63,283 bases of DNA. It comes from Candidatus Abzuiibacterium crystallinum (GTDB lineage: Bacteria > Omnitrophota > Omnitrophia > Omnitrophales > Abzuiibacteriaceae). Below are positions 9,279 to 17,614 of the stretch, in pieces. Position 1 is the stretch's first letter. Each line of letters opens with the position of its first letter. Made by a program: the position numbers and the translations under genes. The stretch covers positions 29,336 through 92,618 of the forward strand of contig PCVY01000022.1 of NCBI GenBank assembly GCA_002787155.1, given 5' to 3'. The notes under the pieces were generated by a model. The model was not told where the DNA came from. It saw only the letters and a program-made list of their open reading frames with translations, and searched no databases.

Positions 9279-11038
9279 TATTTCCTCCTTAACTTCGGGT
9301 CACTCGCTTTTAAGCTGGACAAAGAACGCACATAAAAAAGTAAGGCAATGCCCAACACAATAATAATAGATCCCAGATATTTCAAGACAATACCGGGGTC
9401 TTTGGCGACCGTAAAAATGGAAATATCGGGCCCGTTATTGGGATGCAGCCGGTAAGCGGACTGATAGACTTTCCATCCGCGATACTTGAGAGGTTCATTC
9501 ATTTGAATCATTTGATCGCGTTTTACTCCCGCCGCGGGATCCTTCAGGGTGACTTCGCTTTTAAAAGCAGCAGGCCGATTGGTGCCCGGATCCGTATCCA
9601 TGATGAAATCTTTGAGTTCAACTTGAAATCCCAGCGGTACCGTCTGTAAACCAAAGAAAGCGTGGAGTGATCCGTGTCCGAAAGGAATCAATTGCGCGAT
9701 TCCCTGTTCAAGCCAAACTTGTTTGGTGATTTTGCCATCCGTAATTTCTACTTGCACAACAGGGACAGCTCCTTTTTGTTTTGAAATAGGCGGCAGAGGG
9801 ACGTAGTCAACTTCGATTTGGCCTGAGGGGAAAAACTGATCGACAACAAAATGAAAATCCATCCAACCGGTCGCTTGACTTTCCCCCAGATGTACTTGAT
9901 CTTTAATGATATCATCGCCGTGCTTAGACTCATAAACAAGCTTCCCGTCATGATCTAAGAGAAATCGAAGTTCATTTTTAGCCGCCTGGATACCCCCGCC
10001 GGATGGTCCTTCGTAAACCGCCTTAAAAGCAGATTGGTCAGGATTTCGGCCGTGAATGGTGGGAAAATCCGGAAAATTAGAGAAGACCGTGTGCCGCTCG
10101 AGGTTGCCGTCTTTTGTTAAGGTGAATTGGACAGCGGGATTGCGCCAGGCATCAGATTTATTTTTAAGTTCATTGCCTTCCACCACAGCATCCCGAAAAA
10201 TGTCATGAATGTTGATCGTGTAGCCTGTGTTGCCAAGCGGGATATCTTTGCTTATGTTCTCGTTGTGCAGCGGAAAATAAACGATTTTACCGTTTTCCCA
10301 CACAAACTTTAACCGGCCATTGTCTTTGACAACCGGCTGCTCTTCTTGAAAAGGCTCGCTTGTAAAACGAATAGCCGCAGGGCCTAAAAGAATTTGTCCG
10401 CGTTCTTCATGATCGCGGATGAGCCACTCGTCACTGTCTGCCATCATACCCGACAAATGAATATGCAAGGCCGGTAAGCCGTCTTTGGCTTCTACAACTT
10501 TTTCCTCACGTAAAGCCAAAGGATAATCACGCAATAAGGTCACTTGGAATCGCTCGCGTTCATCCGCTTTCAACATGATTCTCCCCTCCCATGTTAATGG
10601 ATGCGTCTGCAAGGAATACGTCCAACGCTCTTTGGTGGATGGCGAGAGAACTTCGATTAAAGGCCGATACGGATTTTGAAGCGTCATCCGGCTTTCGGTT
10701 GTCCCCTCCTGAATGGTCAGTTGTCCTTCGGTGCCGAATTGTTGACTGAGGAAAGAACCTACCAGAAGAAGGATGATGCCCAAATGAGTTGCTAAGAAAC
10801 CAACGTGCTTTTTCTGCCAAGGCCAACGATCGACAGCCGAAGCAAAGAGATTAAGCGCCAATAAGAGCAGCATGAGGCCAAACCAGGGAGTGCGGTAAAT
10901 AAAAACTTGAGCAGCCGTCGTACCATAGGCAGATTCGATGAGGGTGCCGCCTGCCACGGTGAGAGCAAGCATCACAATCAATATCACGGCACAGCGGAAA
11001 GAAGCAAAAAATTTAAATAACAAACCGATGAATTTCAT
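9278..11038 (-). CDS. resB: Cytochrome c biogenesis protein ResB/CcsB (System II)
   Basis: 586 aa. ResB-like N-terminus (FASFRCAVILIVMLALTVAGGTLIES), several N-terminal TM helices, a large soluble domain and a C-terminal TM. Translationally coupled to ccsA. Confidence 0.85.
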   Translation of the reverse strand: MKFIGLLFKFFASFRCAVILIVMLALTVAGGTLIESAYGTTAAQVFIYRTPWFGLMLLLLALNLFASAVDRWPWQKKHVGFLATHLGIILLLVGSFLSQQFGTEGQLTIQEGTTESRMTLQNPYRPLIEVLSPSTKERWTYSLQTHPLTWEGRIMLKADERERFQVTLLRDYPLALREEKVVEAKDGLPALHIHLSGMMADSDEWLIRDHEERGQILLGPAAIRFTSEPFQEEQPVVKDNGRLKFVWENGKIVYFPLHNENISKDIPLGNTGYTINIHDIFRDAVVEGNELKNKSDAWRNPAVQFTLTKDGNLERHTVFSNFPDFPTIHGRNPDQSAFKAVYEGPSGGGIQAAKNELRFLLDHDGKLVYESKHGDDIIKDQVHLGESQATGWMDFHFVVDQFFPSGQIEVDYVPLPPISKQKGAVPVVQVEITDGKITKQVWLEQGIAQLIPFGHGSLHAFFGLQTVPLGFQVELKDFIMDTDPGTNRPAAFKSEVTLKDPAAGVKRDQMIQMNEPLKYRGWKVYQSAYRLHPNNGPDISIFTVAKDPGIVLKYLGSIIIVLGIALLFYVRSLSSLKASDPKLRRK

Positions 11039-11103
11039 GAACCCGGACTATTTGACAGGTTAAAAATGCCTCTGAAAGTTAAAGGGGGATTATATAAGAA
11101 TAC

Positions 11104-11181
11104 CTGATCGGATACCAGTTCTAAAAGTGCCGGGTTTTGTTTCTGATCGGGTACCAGTTCTAAAAGTGCCGGGTTTTCTTT
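11104..11181. repeat. Tandem direct repeat, 2 x 39 nt
   Basis: CTGATCGG[A/G]TACCAGTTCTAAAAGTGCCGGGTTTT[G/C]TTT occurs at 11104-11142 and 11143-11181, with 2 mismatches. The second unit contains the left 22-bp inverted repeat flanking the IS. Confidence 0.85.
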
Positions 11182-11297
11182 CGCCTACCATTTGACCATC
11201 ACCCAAAACCTGATCATATGAAAAGCTTCCTCCCCTGCGTAGAATAGCAGGCGGAAAAGAAACTAGATCTTGCTGCTCACAGCAAAAGGAGGAAGCC

Positions 11298-12332
11298 ATG
11301 TACACCATTGGTTGCGATCAACATAAATATTTTTGTCAGCTTGCTGTCCTTGACGAAGAAGGAAAAATGATTCAGCAACAAAAACTTTACCACGATGACC
11401 GGGAAACTCTCAAGCGGTATTTCACCTCACTGCCCCCTGGGTCGCAGATGGCTGTTGAAGCTTCGGGATTTGAGTCTTGGTTAACCGATTTCGTTCAGGA
11501 TCTTGGCATTAAGGTTCATTTGAGTCATCCTCTAAAGACCCGAGCCATTGCTGAGGCTAAAATAAAAACAGATAAAGTCGACGCTAAGATCCTCGCCCAA
11601 CTGCTTTACGCCGATCTTCTCCCGAAAGCTTATTTGGCAACCCCCCAGACACGCCGGATCCGCTACTTTTTAAGATTTCGTCTATGTCTCAATCGTTACA
11701 GGAGCAGCTTAAAGAACCGGATCCACTCTTTACTCCATAGCTTAGGGATTCCTGCACCGGCGGTCACCGATCTTTTCGGAGTCAGTGGCCGGCGATTTCT
11801 TGACTCCCTTCAACTCGGCGAAGGATACCAAGAAGCTCTTTTGGGCTATCTCGATTTGCTTGATACTACCGAAGCACGGATTAATTGTCTGAAGAAAAAA
11901 TTAGCCGCCGGCGTCAAAGAAAATCCGGATGCCGAACGGCTAGAAACCATTCCAGGCGTGGGCGTCTTGCTCTCACAGCTCATTCTTGCCGAAATTGCTG
12001 ACATTCAGCGGTTCGCATCTCCCGAACGGCTGTCGTCTTACGCCGGCCTTGTCCCAAGCATTCATCAAAGCGGGAAACGGCTCTATCACGGTCCTTGTCC
12101 GGATCAGGGAAATAAATTCTTACGATGGGCGATGGTCGAAGCTGCTCAAACAGCGGTCCGTAAAGACCCGAGGCTCAAAGATTTCTACGAACGGATTAAA
12201 CGCAAAAAAGGACCACAAAAAGCTATTGTTGCCGCTGCCCGAAAGATGCTTGTGATTGTCTTTCACGTTTTAAAGAAAAAAGAAAACTTTAGATTCTATG
12301 TTTCTCCCAGACAAGTCCGGCAAAGTGCCTGA
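11298..12332 (+). CDS. IS110-family transposase (DEDD/RuvC-like N-domain plus C-terminal transposase_20-type domain)
   Basis: N-terminus YTIGCDQHKYFCQLAVLDEEG...AVEASG. C-terminal block LETIPGVGVLLSQLILAEIADIQRFASPERLSSYAGLVPSIHQSG, typical of IS110/IS116/IS902 transposases. AAAGGAGGAAGCC precedes the ATG. Confidence 0.9.
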   Translation: MYTIGCDQHKYFCQLAVLDEEGKMIQQQKLYHDDRETLKRYFTSLPPGSQMAVEASGFESWLTDFVQDLGIKVHLSHPLKTRAIAEAKIKTDKVDAKILAQLLYADLLPKAYLATPQTRRIRYFLRFRLCLNRYRSSLKNRIHSLLHSLGIPAPAVTDLFGVSGRRFLDSLQLGEGYQEALLGYLDLLDTTEARINCLKKKLAAGVKENPDAERLETIPGVGVLLSQLILAEIADIQRFASPERLSSYAGLVPSIHQSGKRLYHGPCPDQGNKFLRWAMVEAAQTAVRKDPRLKDFYERIKRKKGPQKAIVAAARKMLVIVFHVLKKKENFRFYVSPRQVRQSA

Positions 12333-12461
12333 GCCAAGCGCTCGTTAACCTGATTGGGAAGTCTGGATTCGAATGACGATCATGTGAATATTGACCACGA
12401 ATGGATGAATGAATCTCTTTTAAGTCATTAAATGCTTGACCCGGAGAAGCTTTTCATGGAT

Positions 12462-12483
12462 GGCACTTTTAGAACTGGTACCC
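12462..12483. repeat. Right copy of the 22-bp inverted repeat flanking the IS
   Basis: GGCACTTTTAGAACTGGTACCC is the exact reverse complement of 11149-11170. It is followed by a tandem 11-mer GTACCCGTACA x2 (12478-12499). Confidence 0.85.
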
Positions 12484-12502
12484 GTACAGTACCCGTACAT
12501 AA

Positions 12503-12841
12503 TCAGGACTTGCTTTTATCTACCTCTTCAATGGCTTCTACAATCAGTTCGAAATACCGATCAAGACCGCATTCTGATTCCGAACGAAGCTGGCAGCTGC
12601 CGTCCGGCTCTTGGTTTTTGCAATCATGACAAACTGTCTCGCGGAGCAACTTCACATATTCAGCTAACTCTTTGGCCTTCACGGATTGAACCACTTTAAC
12701 AATATTTTCCAAATACAATTCAACACCGCAATGTTTATCCCCCGTCAAGGTGCAATGGGCATTCTCATGATCGTAATCAATGCAGTGTTCACAAACTTTT
12801 TTACGAACAGCATCGCGATAGCGTTTATAGTCGTCCGGCAT
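12503..12841 (-). CDS. Cysteine-rich hypothetical protein with two tandem 4-Cys modules
   Basis: 112 aa with no signal peptide. There are two repeats: VCEHC-x9-C-x7-CGVELYLENIVKVV and VCHDC-x8-C-x7-CGLDRYFELIVEAI. No family recognised. Its stop codon abuts the right flank of the IS. Confidence 0.6.
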   Translation of the reverse strand: MPDDYKRYRDAVRKKVCEHCIDYDHENAHCTLTGDKHCGVELYLENIVKVVQSVKAKELAEYVKLLRETVCHDCKNQEPDGSCQLRSESECGLDRYFELIVEAIEEVDKSKS

Positions 12842-13075
12842 ATTTTTCCTTTAGGTTATCCTAATCATATAATTATAGCATACCCAATTCCTATTAATAG
12901 GGATTCTAGAAAAAGAAGGCTGGTTTTTGAAGAAGTAATTATTTTTAAACATGCTGCGACTCAGCATTTAAATTCGGGAGGGCGAATTAGTCGAAAAGCC
13001 GTGTCGCAGCCGGGAGCACATTTCCTTGTATTCAATCAAGAAAACATGCCTGTGAGAAGAACGGGTCTGTGAATC

Positions 13076-15181
13076 TTAACCCCAGGAAAACTTTGCTTCC
13101 AATGAAACTAACTGAGCGGTGTAGTCCCCTTGTTCTACATTTGAATTCGCCAAATAATAGTAAAGTGCATATTTGGGTTCAAGAACAATGGCATCCGTCA
13201 GATTCCATTTCACTTCAAATTCCAAATCAACTTTGTCAAATTCTGCTCCGAGCGGCAACCCGATCGCAGAGAAATCGTTGAAGTTCCTGGCCTTGGTGTA
13301 AGCAATCGTGTTAGTCAGTGATACTTTCTTGGCCGGCGCATAATTCGCCGTAAAAAGCCACGTGCTGACATCCGCATTGAATTCCGGAACTTGAGCAAGG
13401 GTGGAGAATTCCGCCAGCGGTGTGAAGGTTCTGGCCTGCGTCCGGTTATAAGATGCCATCAGTAAAAGATCCGGCAGCGGCTGAGAAGTCACGTCAAAGA
13501 TGAGCGACTGTGTGCTGTGTCCTGTATCCACAGATGCTTGCGATTGAACGGCGGTCGCAAAATCGGTATCCCGATAAACATACCGCACGGAAGGTTCAAA
13601 GTACTTGGTGAGCGGCAACGCCACCCTGCCCAAATATTCATTCACACGAATGCGCTGGCTATCAAAAAAGGCCGATAAAATGCTGGTTGTGGGTGATTTA
13701 TTAGAGTTATCATAATCGCTTAACTTATTGGTATAACGATAATGTGAAGTCAAGCGAAGCCGCCCAATGGGTGACGAATGGAAGCCGATTGTCCAAACTC
13801 CTTTTTGAATAGAGGTGATGGTTTCACGGTTAAAAATTTCACCGGTGCTTACGCCTCCATCTCCGCCAATGCTATCACGATTTTCTACCAAAGGAATTCT
13901 CTCCTGTGCCAATTCCAAATCAGAATAAACTGCCGTTCTAGGGATGGCAGTGAAGCGAGCAGTAAAGGTTTCGCCCCAGCGTGTGATGGTGCTTTTGGAA
14001 TCGGTAACTTCAAAGCGATTGGGCGTATTATCCGGCGGGTTATCTAATTCGGTATTTTTGGTCGATTCACCGCGGCGGCTTGCTACTTCACCCTTCAATT
14101 TGGCGCCAAAATTAAACCAGTCGGTCGGGAAAAACATCAGGTTTTGCACCCAAATATTAGAATCATATTGAGTTTCGGCTCGTTGATTGAACGAATTCTC
14201 CGAAAAAGAGCCGTTTCGAATGGGGTTCAAGTTTTCATCGTATTCACGTTCATCTTCCCATTCTTGATGTTTGATGGTAGCAAAACGATAACCTGTCGAA
14301 GAAAATATTTTGTCCTTTAAAAACCACTTAGCTACTTGAAAGAAATTGGTGTAGCTTTTTGATTCCGGCTTCTGATGCAATCGAAGGATGTATTTATCTG
14401 TATTGGTCGGATCGCTCTCTGTGGCATAGAAATTTTCTTGCCTGGTTTGATCAATGCGGACCTGTTCCCAATGCTGTTCGCTCTTCACTTCATACCCGTT
14501 CATCGTGTGTTCTGCTTTGAATTTGAACTTATCTGCCACTTCTTTAAGATCAGAAAAAGCGGGCGCAATTTTCCGGCCGGGGTTTGAAGTGCCATAGTCG
14601 GTGACGGTGCCCCAGGTTAAACGTGATTTTGATCCATTTTTAAATTCTCTTTCATAACCGAATGTCAATTCCGGGTAATCCTCCATGCGTAAACCTGCCT
14701 CCACTCCAAAATGCCCAATGTCTAAAGCTAGTTCCTTAGGAGTATCGGTAGCGCGAAGCGGGCTGCCTTCAGACCGGTAACCAACGTATGGATGATAAAC
14801 ACCGCCTGTTTTGTCATAATACTTACGAAATTCCTGGTAATCAAACTTCACATATCCCAGGTTTTTCTTTTTAATCAAGAGAAGACCTTCATACTCATTA
14901 TTGGCGGGAATTGCCTGCGCTTCTAACTCAACACTGACACCATTGGGCAATTTGTAATAAGCTGATAGATTTTTCAAACCACCCGCATAATTATGATTGA
15001 TCCAATGATGTGTGCGAAATTTATCGGCTTCTCCATCCACAAAAATATAGCGGCTGGGCAATAACGTATAGTCCATGTAATTTTCAGATTCATCCGAATC
15101 AGAGGCCATGACAGGGCGAGGTGCGCCTATGAGAATGAAACCCAACGTCACTACGCCTAAAATCCGAATTAGCCTATTCAT
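13076..15181 (-). CDS. Outer-membrane beta-barrel protein, probable porin partner of the adjacent multihaem cytochrome (MtrB/PioB-like by size and context)
   Basis: 701 aa with a signal peptide (…GAPRPVMA/SD). The sequence is rich in alternating aromatic/polar stretches and Y/N/D/T, and the C-terminus is aromatic (…AKFSWG). The gene lies 11 nt downstream of the octahaem cytochrome gene. Confidence 0.65.
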   Translation of the reverse strand: MNRLIRILGVVTLGFILIGAPRPVMASDSDESENYMDYTLLPSRYIFVDGEADKFRTHHWINHNYAGGLKNLSAYYKLPNGVSVELEAQAIPANNEYEGLLLIKKKNLGYVKFDYQEFRKYYDKTGGVYHPYVGYRSEGSPLRATDTPKELALDIGHFGVEAGLRMEDYPELTFGYEREFKNGSKSRLTWGTVTDYGTSNPGRKIAPAFSDLKEVADKFKFKAEHTMNGYEVKSEQHWEQVRIDQTRQENFYATESDPTNTDKYILRLHQKPESKSYTNFFQVAKWFLKDKIFSSTGYRFATIKHQEWEDEREYDENLNPIRNGSFSENSFNQRAETQYDSNIWVQNLMFFPTDWFNFGAKLKGEVASRRGESTKNTELDNPPDNTPNRFEVTDSKSTITRWGETFTARFTAIPRTAVYSDLELAQERIPLVENRDSIGGDGGVSTGEIFNRETITSIQKGVWTIGFHSSPIGRLRLTSHYRYTNKLSDYDNSNKSPTTSILSAFFDSQRIRVNEYLGRVALPLTKYFEPSVRYVYRDTDFATAVQSQASVDTGHSTQSLIFDVTSQPLPDLLLMASYNRTQARTFTPLAEFSTLAQVPEFNADVSTWLFTANYAPAKKVSLTNTIAYTKARNFNDFSAIGLPLGAEFDKVDLEFEVKWNLTDAIVLEPKYALYYYLANSNVEQGDYTAQLVSLEAKFSWG

Positions 15182-15192
15182 AACTTTACCCT

Positions 15193-15984
15193 CTAATATC
15201 TCAAGTGGTCGTCAAAATTTGAACCGTGTACTGCCGTATGACATCGGGCGCTAAAACAGGTGCCCTGACTGATGCGTGATCCGCTGCCGCCATGGCTGGT
15301 ATCAGCCATATTGGGGAAATTGTCCTGCGTATGGCAGCGTAAACATAGATTAGAATCACGCGCCACCAACATCTTGTCACTGATAGACCCGTGCACTTGA
15401 TGGCAACTGGTGCAGCCTTCACGCAGTGCCTCATGCTCGAAGACAAACGGACCTTCTTGATCTTTGTGACACTTAAAGCAAGCTTCGTTCACATCATCAA
15501 TTGTAGTCGCTGACCAGGGACGAACTTCCTGACCATGTGCGTCGTGACAATCCGAACAACTCATTTTGCCTTCCAAAACCGGGTGATGATAAGGCAGGTT
15601 AAATTCCGCACGCTTATCTGTGTGACAGGCAAAACAAATGGTTGGGTCTTTCGCCGGATTAATAATGTGTTTGTCCATTTTACCTTCACCGCCGCCTTGA
15701 TCCACATGCAGACTGCCTGGACCATGACACATTTCACAACCCTGCACTTCATAATTTTCTCCGGGTATGCTGATGCGGGCGTGCGTGCTCAATTTAAATT
15801 CTTTAACTTCTTTTTCATGGCAAGCCTCGCAAGTTTCCATGCCTACGTATTCCGCTCCTTGGAGAGCTACCGTGTGGGCGTTAAGTGCTTTGCGAAGCAT
15901 TTCGGAATCATACTTACATGAAACAAGGCCTAACGTGAAGAAAAGACTGATAATACTAAAGAAGAAGATTGCTTTTGCTTTCAT
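15193..15984 (-). CDS. Octahaem c-type cytochrome, secreted, possibly a lipoprotein
   Basis: Seven CXXCH motifs (CEACH, CEMCH, CFACH, CSDCH, CFKCH, CTSCH, CLRCH) plus one CX4CH (CFSARCH). The signal peptide MKAKAIFFFSIISLFFTLGLVSC ends in a lipobox-like LVSC. The track start at 16008 adds 8 residues before this Met, and neither start has a clear SD. Confidence 0.85.
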   Translation of the reverse strand: MKAKAIFFFSIISLFFTLGLVSCKYDSEMLRKALNAHTVALQGAEYVGMETCEACHEKEVKEFKLSTHARISIPGENYEVQGCEMCHGPGSLHVDQGGGEGKMDKHIINPAKDPTICFACHTDKRAEFNLPYHHPVLEGKMSCSDCHDAHGQEVRPWSATTIDDVNEACFKCHKDQEGPFVFEHEALREGCTSCHQVHGSISDKMLVARDSNLCLRCHTQDNFPNMADTSHGGSGSRISQGTCFSARCHTAVHGSNFDDHLRY

Positions 15985-16120
15985 AGTGTCTGAGTATATA
16001 CAAGACATATGCCAACTTAAAAGTTTTATGAGAAAATTTAGATTTTAAAGTGGTAATTAAAATGAGGAGGGTAAGCGTCAAGTGTCAATCATAGTTTAGA
16101 ATACTTCAAACTGGGTTAAT

Positions 16121-17572
16121 TCACGCAGATGCCTTTTCTGAGGGGGCTGTTTCACCCACTTTTGGATGGTCTTCTTGGCTGTCAATTCCGAACTTTTTCA
16201 GCTTATAACGCAGTGCATCCCGGCCGATTTGAAGCAACCTGGCCGCTTGTGATTGATTGCCGCCAACCGATTCCAGCGTTTGCTCTACTACTCTTTTTTC
16301 TATTTCTTCAAGCGGGATACCAACCAAGCAATTGGTAACCTTTGTTGAATTTGATTTTTGACCCGGGCGCGACTTAAACATGTCTTTAAGCTGACAGCTG
16401 CAATCCAGTTCAACCGGTAAGTGCTCTAATAAGATTTCATTCCCTTGAATCAAAATCATGGCGCGTTCCAAAATATTTTTAACCTCGCGTATGTTTCCCG
16501 GCCAATCATATAAACTCAGCACTTCTTTCACTTCGGGCGCAACACTGGTGATATTCTTTTTAAACTCGCGGTTAAAATGGGCAATAAAAAAACTGATCAG
16601 TTCCGGGATATCTTCACGGCGTTCCCGCAAAGGCGGAAGAAAAATGGGAATCACATTTAAACGATAATATAAATCTTCGCGAAACCGGCCTTCCGACACT
16701 TCTTTCTTAAGATCTTTGTTGGTTGCTGCCACAATTCTGATATCCGATTCCAGCTCTTTGACACCGCCCACGCGGCGAAACTTTTTCTGATCGATTAAAT
16801 GAAGCAACTTGGCCTGCAATTCTTTTTGCATGTCTCCGATTTCATCCAAAAACAAAGTGCCGCCGTTGGCTTCTTCAACCAAGCCGGCGCGCGCCTGCCG
16901 GGCATCTGTGAAAGCCCCTTTTTCATGTCCGAAAAGTTCACTTTCCAATAACGTCGCTGGAAGCGCCGCGCAATTGACGGCCATAAAATGCTGATTTGAC
17001 CGATCGCTGGCGTAATGGATGATCCGTGCAATGAGGTCTTTACCCGTACCGCTTTCTCCCTCCAGCAAAACGGTGCTTGCATTAGAAGCAGCCACTTGCT
17101 TAACCATTTCCAAAATGATTTTCATTTTTTTGCTGACTGCCACAATGTTATCAAAGTCATATTTACCGCGCTCGGTTTGCTCCCATGCCATGACACGTTT
17201 CTTTAAATGACGGGACTCCATAATTTTCTCTAAATTCAACCGAATTTGGTCAAACTCAAACGGTTTATTGATATAAGTGTAAGCCCCTAATTGCATGCAA
17301 GCGACTGCGATTTTTACATCGTCATTAGCGGTAATCATGATGACAGAGGTTTCCGGTTCTCTCCGTCTAATAACCCTGAGAACATCTTTTCCGTTTCCGT
17401 CCGGTAACCGGATATCCAACAATACAATGTCAAAGATATGTTCCTCAAGCAAATCAAATGTCTCCGCCGCGGATTCGGCGGTCAGCACTTCATATCCTTC
17501 TTGCGACAAATCTTTTTTAAGCGACCATCTGATCAATCGCTCATCATCCACAACTAGAATTTTACCTTTCAT
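16121..17572 (-). CDS. Sigma-54-dependent response regulator (NtrC family: REC + AAA+ + Fis-type HTH)
   Basis: Receiver domain (ILVVDDE…LLDIRLPDGNG), Walker A GESGTGKD, ESELFGHEKGAFTDA (a GAFTGA-type sigma-54 contact loop) and a C-terminal HTH (NQSQAARLLQIGRDALRYKLKKFG). Confidence 0.9.
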   Translation of the reverse strand: MKGKILVVDDERLIRWSLKKDLSQEGYEVLTAESAAETFDLLEEHIFDIVLLDIRLPDGNGKDVLRVIRRREPETSVIMITANDDVKIAVACMQLGAYTYINKPFEFDQIRLNLEKIMESRHLKKRVMAWEQTERGKYDFDNIVAVSKKMKIILEMVKQVAASNASTVLLEGESGTGKDLIARIIHYASDRSNQHFMAVNCAALPATLLESELFGHEKGAFTDARQARAGLVEEANGGTLFLDEIGDMQKELQAKLLHLIDQKKFRRVGGVKELESDIRIVAATNKDLKKEVSEGRFREDLYYRLNVIPIFLPPLRERREDIPELISFFIAHFNREFKKNITSVAPEVKEVLSLYDWPGNIREVKNILERAMILIQGNEILLEHLPVELDCSCQLKDMFKSRPGQKSNSTKVTNCLVGIPLEEIEKRVVEQTLESVGGNQSQAARLLQIGRDALRYKLKKFGIDSQEDHPKVGETAPSEKASA

Positions 17573-17614
17573 CGTCTTTCTCTCCTTAAATCAAATTTTC
17601 TTCCGCCAAACCGC

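Larger units (their letters stand above)
11149..12483 (+). mobile_element. IS110-family insertion sequence (boundaries approximate)
   Basis: A single IS110-type transposase gene with ~125-150-nt non-coding ends. It is bracketed by a perfect 22-bp inverted repeat: GGGTACCAGTTCTAAAAGTGCC at 11149-11170 and its reverse complement at 12462-12483. If the inverted repeats belong to a host palindrome used as target, the element proper is ~11171-12461 (~1.29 kb). Confidence 0.75.

Noticed and set aside
11104-11181. Possibility that the 39-nt repeats are a CRISPR array
   Set aside because: There are only two directly abutting units, no spacers and no cas genes. A third copy is inverted on the other side of the IS.
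11090-11308. 72-aa minus-strand ORF. The same applies to the plus-strand ORFs 12432..12629 and 12436..12699, which flank the transposase gene.
   Set aside because: They are translations of the tandem and inverted repeats (the shared GTFRTGTR peptide arises from the same DNA repeat read on either strand). They have no SD and overlap the IS ends.
12686-13072. 128-aa plus-strand ORF
   Set aside because: It is partly antisense to the Cys-rich ORF and partly in the AT-rich spacer. Its composition is Ile/Phe/Asn-rich, typical of AT-rich non-coding DNA, and it has no SD.
16000-16015. Sigma-54-like promoter TTGGCAT-ATGTC-TTGT (minus strand), downstream of the sigma-54 activator gene and upstream of the octahaem cytochrome gene
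   Set aside because: The -24 element and spacing are good, but the -12 element is TTGT rather than TTGC. The site would leave only a ~6-nt leader before ATG 15984, or would lie inside the coding region if ATG 16008 is used. This is too weak to call without TSS data, although the context makes it worth testing.
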